From Hydrolagus affinis (taxonomy: Eukaryota): a stretch of DNA of 64,000 nt. Positions 38,801 to 52,525 of the stretch are shown piece by piece; the stretch's first letter is position 1, and each line of letters starts with the position of its first letter. The position numbers were made by a program, and so were the translations under genes. The stretch is taken from contig JAAILG010000756.1 in the NCBI GenBank assembly GCA_012026655.1, forward strand, positions 1 through 64,000, in the 5' to 3' direction. The notes beneath the pieces were generated by a model that was given only the letters and a program-made list of their open reading frames with translations, was not told where the DNA came from and made no database searches.

Positions 38801-41800
38801 GTAGGTTTGGGGGCAGGGGTGGTGAGCAGAGGTAAATGACACAAGAAATAGGCAGCACAATAACAGACAAACCGTATACTGTAGTTTATATATTGAAATT
38901 CAGTGACATTGAAAAAAAACTTGTGGCAGGCACGCAAAATTATAATATCTAAAAGAAATATCTAAAAGAAAATGTACACTGACTTAAGTAAAAGAGAGAC
39001 AAATATTGGCGGGTGGAAGAGAGGCATTGTTGCCCAACTTGCTAACTCTATAAGTTGCCAGGAAAAAAACCGTATTCCACCATCACATACAATTCAGAGC
39101 ACACACAATGAAAACAAATCAAAGAACCTAGCTATTCTATCAAGAGCAGAATAAGGGTTTTCAATGTCCAAAATGGTACTAGTTTAATTTGCCTTCATAA
39201 AATATAGCTACTATTGCATTCATATTATACAGCTGGCTCTGAGAATTAAAACAAAGTTCTGAAGATGTGTAATAGAATCCCATTCTATTTTATATTTGAT
39301 TTAAGTCACCCCTCGGCCCCCATAAATTTTCAATGTTACTGCAATCTTCTAAGGGTTAATACCCCCTCTCATAGCTTCATTACTTCATGTGAGAAAACAG
39401 CACAAAGACAACAGATGGCAGACAGTGTTGACTTCTGTCCTTTCCAATGCACAAAAAGGCTGCAGAGAACCTTGTTTGATAAAAGCAGAGGCTTTGGTGG
39501 CCTTCACCATAATTATCTGATAGCTGTGTGACTGATGAGCTCTGGAACATTTAGTTTTCTATAGACACGGTCTGTGACAACCGAACTGTCCCTAGGTTGC
39601 CATGGGTGACCAGAGTGCTGACATCGAGTCCCTACAGCAAACAAGCACATGACAAATGAGTCTAGGGGCCTCAATCAGCTCCGAGTCTGGGTGACCCCAT
39701 CCCCTCTAGACAAAAAACTGGCCAATGGAACAGAATGGGTTAAAAAGGGGCCGTAATTAATTCAAAACTTTTAAACATTAGAATCTGTGTAAGAAGCATA
39801 CATTAGCAATACCTCGCTCAATACATCGCGTGCTTATAATAATGACCTCCAGAAAGTAAATATCTAATAAATAGTTGCACTTCACTTCAATTGAAATTCT
39901 ACAAAACATGATAATAATGGTCCAAAATGCAACTTTGACAATAATTCGTATAAACAATGAGCAGATGTGTTCTCTAAGTTACAGACCTAACTATCAGCAC
40001 TGCCTGTTGAGCTGCAGTCCACTCCTGAAACAAGGCAGATTGTAAAAGAGGCCCTGCTGAACTAATGCTGGAAAAAGGGCAGTCTGTCAAACAGGGTGTG
40101 CTAAAGCCTATGTCCATGCTATAATGGGTGGACTGGTCTTTGTGTCAAGCAAACATCCTCTCCTAGGATAAGATTGCCTCTAGCCATGTGTAACATGGTT
40201 AACTGTTAGCCTAACAGCTCAAAGGCCATGTGTGTTGTATCAAACCTAATGATAATTTTCATCACCACAGGGTCGTCATGGAGACAGAAATGAAATTGTA
40301 CAAATGACCAGTATTTGTCATAATTTAACTTCCCATAAACTGTTTCAACGATTTTCCTCTTTCAGAATACATTTTGTGTCCCTGTGATCTTCCAACTCAC
40401 TTTCGTTCTGTCTTCATTTTTATACCAATTTAGGATAGTGCACATTCTGCTAAATTCAATAATTTTATCTTCAATTAAATTTAAACATTAGCTGACTAAA
40501 AGATTAATTCTTCATATATCAGAGGGAGAAGGGAGGTCATATTCTAACAGGAAAGCCTGAAAAAAAAGTTTAATTCTAAATGTATGAATATAAACAAGCT
40601 TCTCTTGAGTGCAAAGATTTGTAAAGTCTCTTTGAAGTAATTTCAGAGCCACTGCACTGAAATTGAAGTCATCTCAACATGTTTATTGTAGCAGAGATAA
40701 GAACAACTATCTGAAAATTGATGTCAGCATTAAAGGGTGGTGAGAGATTTTTTTGTGGCTTAGCACTTCCTGTTTTCTTTCTGTGTTCAAATATGTTCTT
40801 TACAAAAGCATACAGGGGAGTCCTTGAGAGGAAAATCAAGGTAAGCAGAGGGGCTAATTGAGAGGTCTTATGGCTTCTTAAGATACCATTTAAGGACCCT
40901 TTCCTCCCAATGAATAAAATTGAATCTTGGGTCACGTGCACTCAAATACCTTTGCTGTTTGGCTTAAAGAATTGTTCTAACCAAACCACTGCTTAACTCA
41001 GTGTTAATGTTGAGCAAAAGTGCAACCCTGCAGCAACTTCATTAATTTTAGATTTCACTTAATTCAGCAGATTTTAAGAAAAAAATAGTCATAGAACAAT
41101 GTGCGTGCATAATTCCAGAGTATGCAAGTGTCCTGCAGCTGCAGTGAGGCTGAAACATCTGAATATGGTTCACTCGATGTACGTGGTAGGGAATAACTTA
41201 TCTGACGCTCTCAATGTTCAACGTTTGAAAAACGTAATATCTACACGTTAAAGTACCATTCATGTACAATTTCATTCTGCACTCCCCCACCCCCCCCCAT
41301 TATGAGTTAGGACACAAAACCTTTATTCAGGGTAACAAAACAAAGCGGTAAAATGAATGCAACCAGTGACTACTGGAAACTGTACTTTATTTCATTTTTT
41401 TTCCCCTTTGCCACATTAAACTAACTGCTGAGAATTGTTGTGGCAAGCCTTTGTTGTTTTTGTCCCTCAGAGTTGTTCAGAGTAGGTGACAATGGCTCAG
41501 AGTTGAGAACATATGTAGAAAGACCCCTGTGGTTGATGGAAAAGTTGCTCCATGCTGCTTGGGTGTTTGAAAAAAACAACTAGTGTTCCTTTATTCCTAC
41601 AAAGCTAATGAATGCATGAATGCTAGAATGCAGCAACGACCCATTGAAAAGAAAAGTCTTAGGACACTCCCTGCAAGAGCACATCCTGAGATGGTAAAAT
41701 ACATTTGCTTAACAAATTAAATTAATGAGATAATTCAATTAGTCTTTTTGATGTGAAAAACAATACTCCTTAAGGAAGGGATTACTGTAGTACAAGAACA

Positions 41801-43102
41801 GGTTGGCCTTCACAAAGAGGGGAAAAAAGCTTTAAAACAATGTATTTAAAAATGGGAGAACAATAAAGAGAACTTGCATTGAATTGTAGCATGTTGTTAG
41901 TTGTACACTTGTTTGCATTAGCATAGCCAGATGGGAAATTTCTCACATTACTTCAGTCAAAGGGAAACACAATCATTCAATTAAAATAAGAAATGTTGAG
42001 ACTTAGTAGTAGACAGGAAAATGAAACTTTGTGACTTGCACGTAGATATAAAATACTATGGTGGGTGGTTCTGCCAAGGTCTGCACACCACACAGCCATG
42101 CCCTTCAGGACAGGAAAAAACCTCCCAGCAGCTTCCCGAGTAATACTCACTCGACTCCAAATTAAAAACATTTTACAGGTTACTAAATCTCCAGCTGAGG
42201 TGATGTAGCAAAGAACAGCTGTGAAGTAATTTTGATAATGATGAGAATAATAAGCACATGGCAAGGTTCGGGGCTTTGCTGTTGCNNNNNNNNNNNNNNN
42301 NNNNNNNNNNNNNNNNNNNNNNNNNNNNNNNNNNNNNNNNNNNNNNNNNNNNNNNNNNNNNNNNNNNNNNNNNNNNNNNNNNNNNNNNNNNNNNNNNNNN
42401 NNNNNNNNNNNNNNNNNNNNNNNNNNNNNNNNNCATGTTCTGTCTAATTCCTCTGTGCAAATGGGCACAGGGCACCTGACCTCCGAAAAGGCCATAGCTG
42501 CAAGGCAGAATACCCACTGCTACAACCAAACAGTGACCATTCTGGTTAATCCTGACCCCTGAGCCATAATCAATATATCTTTATTTACTAATAATGTCTT
42601 TGCATCAAGATGACAGATAAGAAATAGGGATCCAATATTCACTTTTTCCCCCCAGTCTTTATGATTTACTTTAATAGTTTCAAACATCAATAAGACTTTC
42701 AAACAGTCTGAAATCATACTGTAAATTGATCTTCAAAAACAAGGGAAGGATTTTCTCTTTTTTTTGTAACTGACCCTAGGTGAATGCATGTGATAAAGGA
42801 AATCCATACGTGATTAAAACAGGACCTGAACTCAGAACCTCACTGATTGAAGTACAGTAGTAAAAAAAACTTTCTGTGTAACTTGTTTTTTAAAAAAAAT
42901 ATATCTACTGGATGAACAAAATGCTGGAAGGGGAGGGAAGTGTGTTCTACCGAATTGTTACATAATATGAAGTGGTATGAAGGAAAAAAAATACCTGAAG
43001 ACTTATGGATGTCTCTTAATCATCTTATTTCCCTGGTTTAGAACTACTGATTGGAAGCAGACATTTTGTGCAGAATTCCCTCTCACATTACATCATGAAT
43101 AC

Positions 43103-43161
43103 GAGGAGGAGGGGAGAGGGGGGATAAGAGAGAGAGAGAGAGAGAAAAGGAGAGAAGAGAA
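43103..43161. repeat. Purine-rich (GA)n tract
   Basis: Direct reading. Confidence 0.8.
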
Positions 43162-44439
43162 AACTAATCCACTGTCCATTCGCCTGGATCTTCATGATGT
43201 AATATAAGGAGCTAAACTCTAAATCTCTGCTTCCAGACTTTCTCTAAACAGCAGTCCTAAAGCATAAAACGAGATAACAAGGATGAGAGAGGCATTGTAA
43301 ATTTTCAACCATCTCCCCATTATAACACTTAAGATTGCGGTCAGTTGCGTAAACTAAATATCCTCTTCAAAATTCGGATACATGAAGAGAGAAATCAAAG
43401 GGATTTAATTAGAGAGATTTAATTAAAAACATATCCGTGCATTTACATGCGTGAGGCACACCCTGACTTTACCCTGGATATTTTCTTCTCCACACAGTCA
43501 AACCAATTCTGGAAACCTGCTTTAAATTGGTGCAAAATCAGCAGGTCACTTAGAACAGATAAAGTGCACTGATCAAAAACGGGATCTCTATCTGGGCAGC
43601 TCATTGTAGAGCTCACACTCAATTGTCTTTCCCATGTTTTAAAAGTTACTTTTTGCCCTATGCAATCCGATTTCAGACCACTGATAACAATCCTGTTAAA
43701 ATAACCACAAGAATCTGACCAAGAATTGGCCAGAGATGTTTTTCCTTTCCCCTCTCTCACAGATCACTTCACCCCTGCTTGTTGTTTCTTTCAAATGACT
43801 CAGTTAAGATTGGAAACTCAGATCTGTAAGAAGCAATTTGGAAGTGCAAGGCTATGTAACAATTCACTTCCTCTATTTTCTCACCTGCTCATGTATTTTT
43901 TTTTGGTCATTGCCTCTTTTTCTTTCTCTCTCTGTCACCTTTGTTTTATTTTCTTGCTCCTCTTGGTAATTTTACTCTCACCTCAAACGCATTGTCATTA
44001 AATCTGTGCTAGCTTGTTTTGCCTGCACAGTGCACTCACTCCACTTATGGTAATTTGAAAGTGCTTGATCAACTATAACCATTAAATTTGGTTCTCCTAC
44101 GCGGTCATATTTTTAACAGGTCACTAAAATTTGATAGCGTTTCTTAAGACAGTTATACAAAGCAATATCTGCCAAAAAAAAGTGACAAAGTAATTTAATT
44201 TTACAGGTGGAAAATATTGCTGTAAAGTTTGAGCTGTGTGGAGATTAAATATTTTTTGATTAAAGGTATGCAGGTGATGACAGGAACTGCACACTTCACT
44301 GCACATGCTGCTACAAAGGAAGCAGCTGCTTCCCAGCTGCAGTATCAGACTGGTATACTGTATTCAACATCTTGGAGCCTGAATTGCTTGTCGTAGTACT
44401 GTACATCAAATAATGCAATTTAATGTACTTTACTACTAT

Positions 44440-45015
44440 TAATAATCCTTGCATTTCATACAGCGCTTTTCACGTCTTCTAGATATCTCAAAGCGCTTCA
44501 CCGAATATACTGTAAAGTGAATTGATTGTATATATGTGGGCAAAATGCGGCAGCCAATTGTAAACAGCAGTGTCCCACAAACAGTCGTGGATTGAAATGA
44601 CAACTTTATTTATTGTTTATTTTGATGGATTATTATTAAGTGTGTGGAAGACAGAAACTTGGCCAAGGTTTCACCCTGCCTGGAATTGAACCCTGGTCTC
44701 TCACTTGTAAGGCGAATGCTCAAACCACTGAGCTGCAGGACAGCAGCTAACTGCGCACAGCAATATTGCACAAAAGGTCATGGATTGAAATGACCAAATT
44801 CTTATTATTTTTGAAACAAAAATAATAATGACTGAACAAGTGAGGTGCAATAATCCTTGCATTTGATATTGCACCTAATCACACCTTCGAGACATCTCAA
44901 AATGCTTCACAGAATATATTGTAAAGTTTTGTGATTGTGTTTTTTGGATGAAACTCAACAGCCAATGTGCGCTGCGACATCCCAAAAACAGTTGAGGATT
45001 GAGTGACCACATTAT
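44440..45015 (-). mobile_element. Cluster of about three degenerate SINE 3' portions with L2-type tails
   Basis: aataatccttgcattt...tctcaaagcgcttcac...gcagccaat...cccacaaacag...ggattgaaatgac recurs at ~44440, ~44743 (partial) and ~44849. Confidence 0.7.
44641..44741 (-). mobile_element. tRNA-derived SINE head
   Basis: A-box CAGCTCAGTGG (44735-44725) and B-box GGTTCAATTCC (44692-44682) at tRNA spacing, continuing into non-tRNA sequence with no closing acceptor stem. Confidence 0.75.
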
Positions 45016-46584
45016 TATTATGTGTTATGCAGGGATTATTATTTAATAGATATCATATTCAAATATTTCTCCAAAGTAACAATTTCTTTTAACTAAATCC
45101 GATTTCAAACATCTAATGCTAAAGTTAATTCCTTAAGATTCGGTCATCATCACATCGGAAACACTAAAAGTTGTGATTTTAGAAAAATAAACCCTTGGAA
45201 ATTTTTTGTTTAGAAAATTATACTTTTTAAAAAAAAGTGTATTCAACAAAAATAAATTAATAGAACAAATATAATGATGTCAATGCCTGACCAATCTATT
45301 TGCTAAACACGATATCAACTGAGAGATATATCCACACTGGATAATATTGAATAGCACAAGACTATATCAGTTGAGTATTCATGTACAGGAATATTCTACA
45401 TAGCTTTTTGAAAAAAAATTATCTTTGTCTTTAATTTCTCTTTCTCCCTTTAAGCGGTTTGGCACGACACTCCACTGTTGAATTAAGATAATAAAATGAG
45501 ATTTTCTTAAATGGCGCAGATTCAATTCCAAAAATGACCATCAGGTGATGCAAACTGAGGAAAGCAGATTGCTCCCTGTCTACCCTATTGGAACATCTTC
45601 TTTCCATGTACTATTTCATGCATTTAACTGACCAATAATCAATGGCACCAGCCTGAATGAAGCAACTATGTGAGCATTTCCACCAGTCATTTCACCTTCC
45701 AGTTAGGCGCTAACAGCACAGTTCCCTGAGGTAATTGCCCCAAATTTGAAGAAGCCATTGAAATTCTGCCTCTGAAAACAGTTCATTAAATATTTTTCTA
45801 TGATACATAACACTTAGTGGAAGTGCTTGAAATGTTGTTCTGTGGCACTGAATCTATGACCCTGAATACTTTCACTGAAGTTCTATTGTCAATATCCTGA
45901 AAGCAGAATCCACAATCTGGGGTACAAATAAAATGTGAAGAGGTGGGTGTCTCGTTGCTAACGGATCAGTTTCCCTGTTGACATGAATGATGTGATTAAA
46001 ATTAATATTTGAGTTTCCCTCACCACAACTGATTGAGTTGGGGACCCTGTCCATGCATAATGCAATCCCCAGGGAAGTCTGTTCTTAATGGGTTAATGGA
46101 ATCAAAGCAAAAAAAAGTTAAATATTTACAGCATCATTCATGTTTAAACTGTACCTCTCCAGTAAATAACAAAAGAAATTTCTGGTTCAGAGCCTTGCAA
46201 TATATGCAGCACACAATCATAAACTGTGCTCTCTCTCTCTGTCTCTTTCACTTCGACCCTCTTTTAGAAATGTATTCTTCCTTGAAGTAATTTTTGATCT
46301 CCTCAAAAAAGGCTCTGACCAGAAACATCAGACACAATGTGAAAGAACTGTTTCACGTGCTTCCCCTCGTGTTAACCTATTCATAGTTTTTTTTATATAT
46401 GAACTTTATCATGTACACTAAAAGGTTTAGAGAATGAATGTTTTTGAAAGACAGCAATCAGAGTAACTATATATATAGAAACACACACACACATTATCTA
46501 TCATTATATTAAAATTTCCTGTGTTAATAGGCAACTAAATTGTAGACAATGTTTCTAAGCATTAAGACATTTTTGGGGACTTCA

Positions 46585-46824
<240 letters not shown>

Positions 46825-49800
46825 TTACACATTCTGAGTTTTTAAAAACTAATAACATGCAAATTAATTGAATTTTATTCAGAACTGCACACTGATTTGA
46901 AGTAATGAAAGCTGATAAAAAAAAATCTCATTAAAATACTGGGTTGTTATGTGAATAATATTTAATGTGGGCACCAAGTCTCCCAATGCTGTTTTGATAA
47001 ACTTCACATGAACACACATGTATCATTAATTCAATTATTACTGTGCTTCTGACATAGTGAAATAGCTCTCTGCCAACTAAACTGATATATGGTTCAAAAC
47101 CTGCAATTAGAATTTTGTTTCATTCCCTAAGTATGTGGGATGGCTTAGGTGCAGAGTTTCTAACTAACAAATGCTACTTAAAAGTAGCAAAAAATGTATT
47201 ACAGGGATTTCATATAAGGTCTAGGTAAATATGTCATGCCTCATTGCACAAAACATACCTCAGCTCATCACCCCCTCCTCCCATTGTATTTGCATGGGAT
47301 GACACCCTCTGTATCCCTCCATCACACTGTTTTCAACTATTATATTTAAGAAAATTAGGTACATATCAATACAAGATACATTCTTAAATCCAGAGATATC
47401 TCCATCAGCTCTCACCACTGTTCTGCTTTTCCTTGCATTAATTGTGCATTAGCAAAAATCATTTACTTTTAACAGTCATAGTTATTTTTCTTTACCCTCA
47501 GGCAAAAATGCCTTGAAAGCCTGCCTAGAGGGCATCTAAATTATGTATCTAAAAAACTCTGCACCAAGGCAATCCAGGACTCGTACTTTCTTAAAATTCA
47601 TACGTGCTTGTCCTCCTGTTTTTGAGAGGCATCAATCAGAGTACCTATATATACCATATTTCTGCATTAATATTTGAACCAATAACATTAAAAAGAAAGA
47701 AGAAAGAACAGACCCAAAGTATAATCAAATGCAAAATAAATGAAGAATACTGAAACAGCATCAGGGTTTTTATTCCACGGCTGTGTTCTTTTCTTGCACA
47801 TCATTAGCCTAAAGCCAACCGAAAGAAGAAAACAGAGAAGTGTAGAGTTTATGCTCCCTGCTGGTGTTTAAGAACCTGAGGTTCTGGATGGACATCTGGA
47901 AATTACACTGAGACTGTGGGTTTTGTAATTTAAGAATAGACATTCATTAGCAGTAAATGCCATAAATCCCATGCTAAGTAAAAACCTTGTTCAGGAAAGC
48001 CTAAAACAATAAACTTTGGACTCAGAGTAGCCAGAGCTGCATAGCTTCCTGAGGAATGCTACAAACCCAGTAGCTAATTCTACCACTGTCTTCTAGTTTT
48101 AAGATTACCGGGATTGGTATTGCGAACACTTACATTACACGAGGCCCTTTCCACAGCAACTCTTATACTAAGTTAAAAAAAATTACCTCTCCAACCACAG
48201 AATCTGAAAACCCACAGCAAAGAGTTGGCAGATTAATTTTATTGACGTTTCCATTTTCACTGCAATGTGATACCCTCCATCACATCGAAGAGGCGACCCC
48301 AGTATTTACAGACTGACAAGCCACTTCATTACAGCCACCCAGCCCCAAGGCAGTGCAGCTCCCTCCATCTGCACAAATGTCAGTGCACAACCCTTCATCT
48401 ACCACTAACTTTTGCTACCTCTCAACGAAAGTGAATCATGAAGGCGAGCCAAAAAGGTGGAAATAATCATAAAAATGATGCTGGACCAGAAACATTCACA
48501 CAGCCTCATTACAGTTGCCGACCACAGAGGGCTGGTGATTTACACCGCTCTTCCAAGATGCCAGGAAGGAATGCTGCAGGGCAAATTTTCCCAAATGCTA
48601 ATGGCTTCTGACTGTTCCTTGGCAACTATGGCATTTTAACCTGTGTGGATGTACTCTCCAAAACAGAAACTGGAAAGGTCTTATCATCTGTCCATGTGAC
48701 ACAGATGGAGAGTGGCTATTAGGAGTCAGGCAATGGGCCTTGGGGATCTGAGGTGCTGTATTGTAGCCTACGGCAGTTTTGGAAAGCTGTGCCTGGGGAA
48801 GAGAAAAATTCTATACCTAAAAAAAGCTGGCATCAAAAATGTGTGTGCATATTAGGAAACAAGATTGGGAGAGTCAGGGGTGGCAAAAAAAATAGTAAAA
48901 TATATGTAATTTTTAGTACTAGTATTCAACAAAATTATTTTTGAATTAAAATAATCCTGGTTTGTTTATGTCATTTTGATCATTTACAAACTTCATTTCA
49001 TATCATCTCTAAACTACCTCTTGATTGTGTTTTCTTCAATGCTTCAAAATATTGCACTTTCCAGGCTTAAGGTAATTTGCTGATTTCTAGTAATTTCTTA
49101 CCCAACCCCCTGTAATTTATGTTTACCTTGAAAAACAGAATGTTTTTTGGTCCATTTCAATACATAAAACTAGGCTGAAATCTTATCAACTCGGTGTCAT
49201 TTAAAAATTACAATACTTTGCTGTCAGTTTGACCAAATGAACCATTACCTGAACCTCTAATTACTAGTCTCTCTTTCTGTCCCGCTGTGCTGCATGCTCT
49301 TGTGTGTTAAAATTGAATTTTTGTAAGATTTTTAAGTGACCAGATCTTCAGCAGGGCATGGCCTACTGTGCTGGAGTTCTGTATAACAGCTGCACCTCTT
49401 TTGTTGTATGCAACATTTACGAACTGCGTGGGTTTTCCTACGTTAAAGAGGAGACAGTGACCCATGCCACCTTCTTTACACTCAAAGGAGCACTGAAAAA
49501 CACTCCTCATAGGCTTACCTCGGGCTTCTCTGGCCCAGAACAACCTCCCCCCGGGTAACAGCAGAGAAAAAAAAAGGGATTTTATGCTCCTTTCTCCTCA
49601 ACTTTTCAGGCGGTATAAGCAGCATTTAGCACATTCAACCCCCAAATGGCTCCAAATGCTCCAAGCTGCAGGGGCTCATCTTTTGTTAGTCTCCCTCTAT
49701 TTACACAGGATTTACGCAGGCTCTCCAGTGAAGAGACCACATGTTACTGACAGAAAGCGGCTCCATTCACACCACATCAAGCAACAGGACTGTAGCCATT

Positions 49801-50834
49801 GCTGCTTGCTTCATGCTTATGCAGGATTAAGAATTCAACTACATTGAGCCTAAAGACTCTTGCTAAATGGTAAACAAATTTTTACTGGTGACTACTTATA
49901 TCAAATTAAGAGCGATGAAACATAATGGTAAGCATGTAAGGGTTAAAAAAAAGGTTAAGTCTTTATATCTGTCTTTAAGCTTCACCTTCAATAAAACAAT
50001 GCAGTACACCTCACTGATTTATTTATGCTAATTATTGCCCTATTATCTTCTGTGCTTCCAATGCATTTTCTACATCTATAAACGCATTTGAAATTTGGCA
50101 TTAAATGACATTGAGATTTGCTACGTTAAAGCTACAAATATTCATTTCCCCAGTGATCAAAACAAGAGTTAAAAAGAAGGGAGTCGACTTAAGGCTACAA
50201 TTATTTTGTATATTTTCCTTATTCACTAGTTCCATGGTGCATTTTATCTAAAGGACGTTTTTCTATTTTGAGTTTTAAAATGTTATGCTGACATTCGTTT
50301 CCACCGACGCAAACGAGTGCGCCACGGTGTGAAAGATGCAGATAGAATTCAGGCTAATGAGTGTCCTGAGGTTCCATCTCATTCAATGAATGTCATTCAG
50401 GAGCAGTTGAGGTAGAGGGAGAAGGAACACATTTGAATAGTACAAATATAGATTGCAAAATTCAACTTTTTGGGTATCTGTATCCTCCGTACAATGTGTG
50501 ATCACAAGCGCTGAACTTACTGTCCATAATTGGTGATTAACAAAATGTCCAGAATAAACACTTAATTGATTACAATCAAGGTACTTATTTCAACCAGGAG
50601 AAAAATCTAGTGTGTTGATAAGCCTGCGCCCCAGACAGTTAGAATTGATGCTACCTTGATAAACAGCAGTATATTATTAAATTCTCATCCTCATCAGTTC
50701 ACTAATTAGATGCTGGTGTTGAACTGAGCTATATAAATCAGGACAAAACTATAGTTGTCTTAAATCAGTCAAATGATTTCTACATGTATGATAATAAGAA
50801 TGCTAGAACAAGTACCCGGTTTCGGGAGATGGAG

Positions 50835-51016
50835 TGTTGGGGAGGGAGGAGAGAAATCTGGGTTCCTGCTCCTGGTCCCTATCCAAGAACCCAACTGGAA
50901 GGCGTGTCTATATATAGAATCGGGTTCAGCTGTGATTATAACAAAAATGATATATATGTTGTGATGTCCGCAATAACATTGTGACAGTCTCTATTTAGCC
51001 TCACATATGCAGAATG
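50835..51016 (+). mobile_element. Diverged partial copy of the 59.5 kb SINE-like repeat
   Basis: gggttcctgctcctggtccctatccaagaaccc...cgggttcagctgtga...tgacagtctctatttagcctcacatatg is colinear with 59620-59780. Confidence 0.45.
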
Positions 51017-51276
51017 ACAACAATTTGCATTTAATATAGAGTCCTTCATAGTGGTAATGTCGCAGAGTACCTTACAGGGGCTCCGAACAAGTGAGAAGTG
51101 GCTGTAGGCATATTTGATGTTGTAGGATTTGAAAGGGACTTTAAGTCAGAAAGGACACAGGGACACAGAAACTGAAGCTGGGCCATCAAAGGTACTGAGA
51201 ATGTGGGGTGTCACACGGCAGAGGGGCTATTTGACTACTTGGTTGAGCAAATATTGTGAAATATTATGAATAGCAT

Positions 51277-51351
51277 ATGTGTGTATGTATGTGTGTATGT
51301 ATATTATATATACATACACACACACACATATACATACGTACACATACATAT
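51277..51351. repeat. Compound (TG)/(TA)/(CA) microsatellite
   Basis: Direct reading. Confidence 0.85.
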
Positions 51352-52461
51352 GGTGACTATCCTTCAGGGGGCGGGTGGAGTAAGTGGGGTCCTCTTGGAG
51401 CTGAACTGGCTACAAGTTGACGTGTTTGGCAAAGGAATGACAGAATCAAGGCTGCTCTCTGTGACAGTCTCAGTGGTCCAGTTACTGAGCCACGTGGGTC
51501 CAGGGCCCTGCTGATAACAGACAGCCAAGCTGGCTCATCAGCAGCCCTCGGAAGGGCAGACCAGTTACTGGAGGGGGGTGGGCAGAGATTCTTCCCACTC
51601 AGCTCGTTAGTCTTGCAAGCCAAAACCCTAACAAGTAGGATGGTCCTTGAAGGACAAGCAGTGAGAAACCTGGTCAGGCAGTGACTCCCAATGAAAAAAA
51701 TATGCAGTTTTAGCAGGTTAGATTCCAACGGTACCCCGATGCACACTCTGGGATCCCCAAGTCTTGGCTCTTGCTAACCCACGTCTACTATGTTTCAGAA
51801 TTAGGTAAGCAGGATGCATCCCCACCAAGGAGAGAGTGCGCATTCCATTCCAACAAATATCTTTGGAATTTCCATGTATAGGTGGGGTGCATGAAAATCT
51901 CAGCTTGGTTTGGATACTCTTAAGCGTGGTGATGGGTTTCTGCATTTGTCAAGACACCTGGCTGACCACAAAACAAAGCACAATGCTTTTCATAATCTAT
52001 CTAATTCACTACAAACCTGTATATGCCCATTATAGGATTTAGTGCAGAAGTTGCAAACGCAGCATAAAAATCTGAATACTGTACAATAGCATTGTGTCAA
52101 CTACAGTCAAGCACAAGGAAGCTAAGTAATGTCATGTAATACATCAACTCAGCTATTCAGCTACCTGTGATCCCCTCAATTGACCAATAAAATGTTAGTA
52201 GGTACAACTGATCACATGTTTTTATCATTCTACTATCCTTCAAATAGTAAAGCACCATCGGCTGGAGGGAGTGGGCTGCTTTGAAACAAGCACTTGTGCA
52301 GTCACAATACTTGAAAACGTTTTATTCAGCATGTATAATATATACAATCAAGTATCTGACTAATATAACCAGTCTAACACCAGTAATGCAAATCAAAAAC
52401 AATACTTCCAGGCAAACGGGCGAGGCATTGAGATTAAAAATCTGTCAACATCTAATAAACT

Positions 52462-52525
52462 GGTGGAACCAGCTCGATGGACTAAATAGCCTGCTCTTGT
52501 TCCTAATTTCCTATGTTACTCTGTG
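52462..52525 (+). mobile_element. CR1-type 3' tail
   Basis: ggtggaaccagctcgatggactaaatagcctgctcttgttcctaatttcctatgtt, homologous to 56082-56130 in the opposite orientation. Confidence 0.6.

Noticed and set aside
44665-44741. Functional tRNA gene (Val-like)
   Set aside because: A and B boxes are present, but the acceptor stem does not close and the sequence runs into a SINE body within a repeat cluster.
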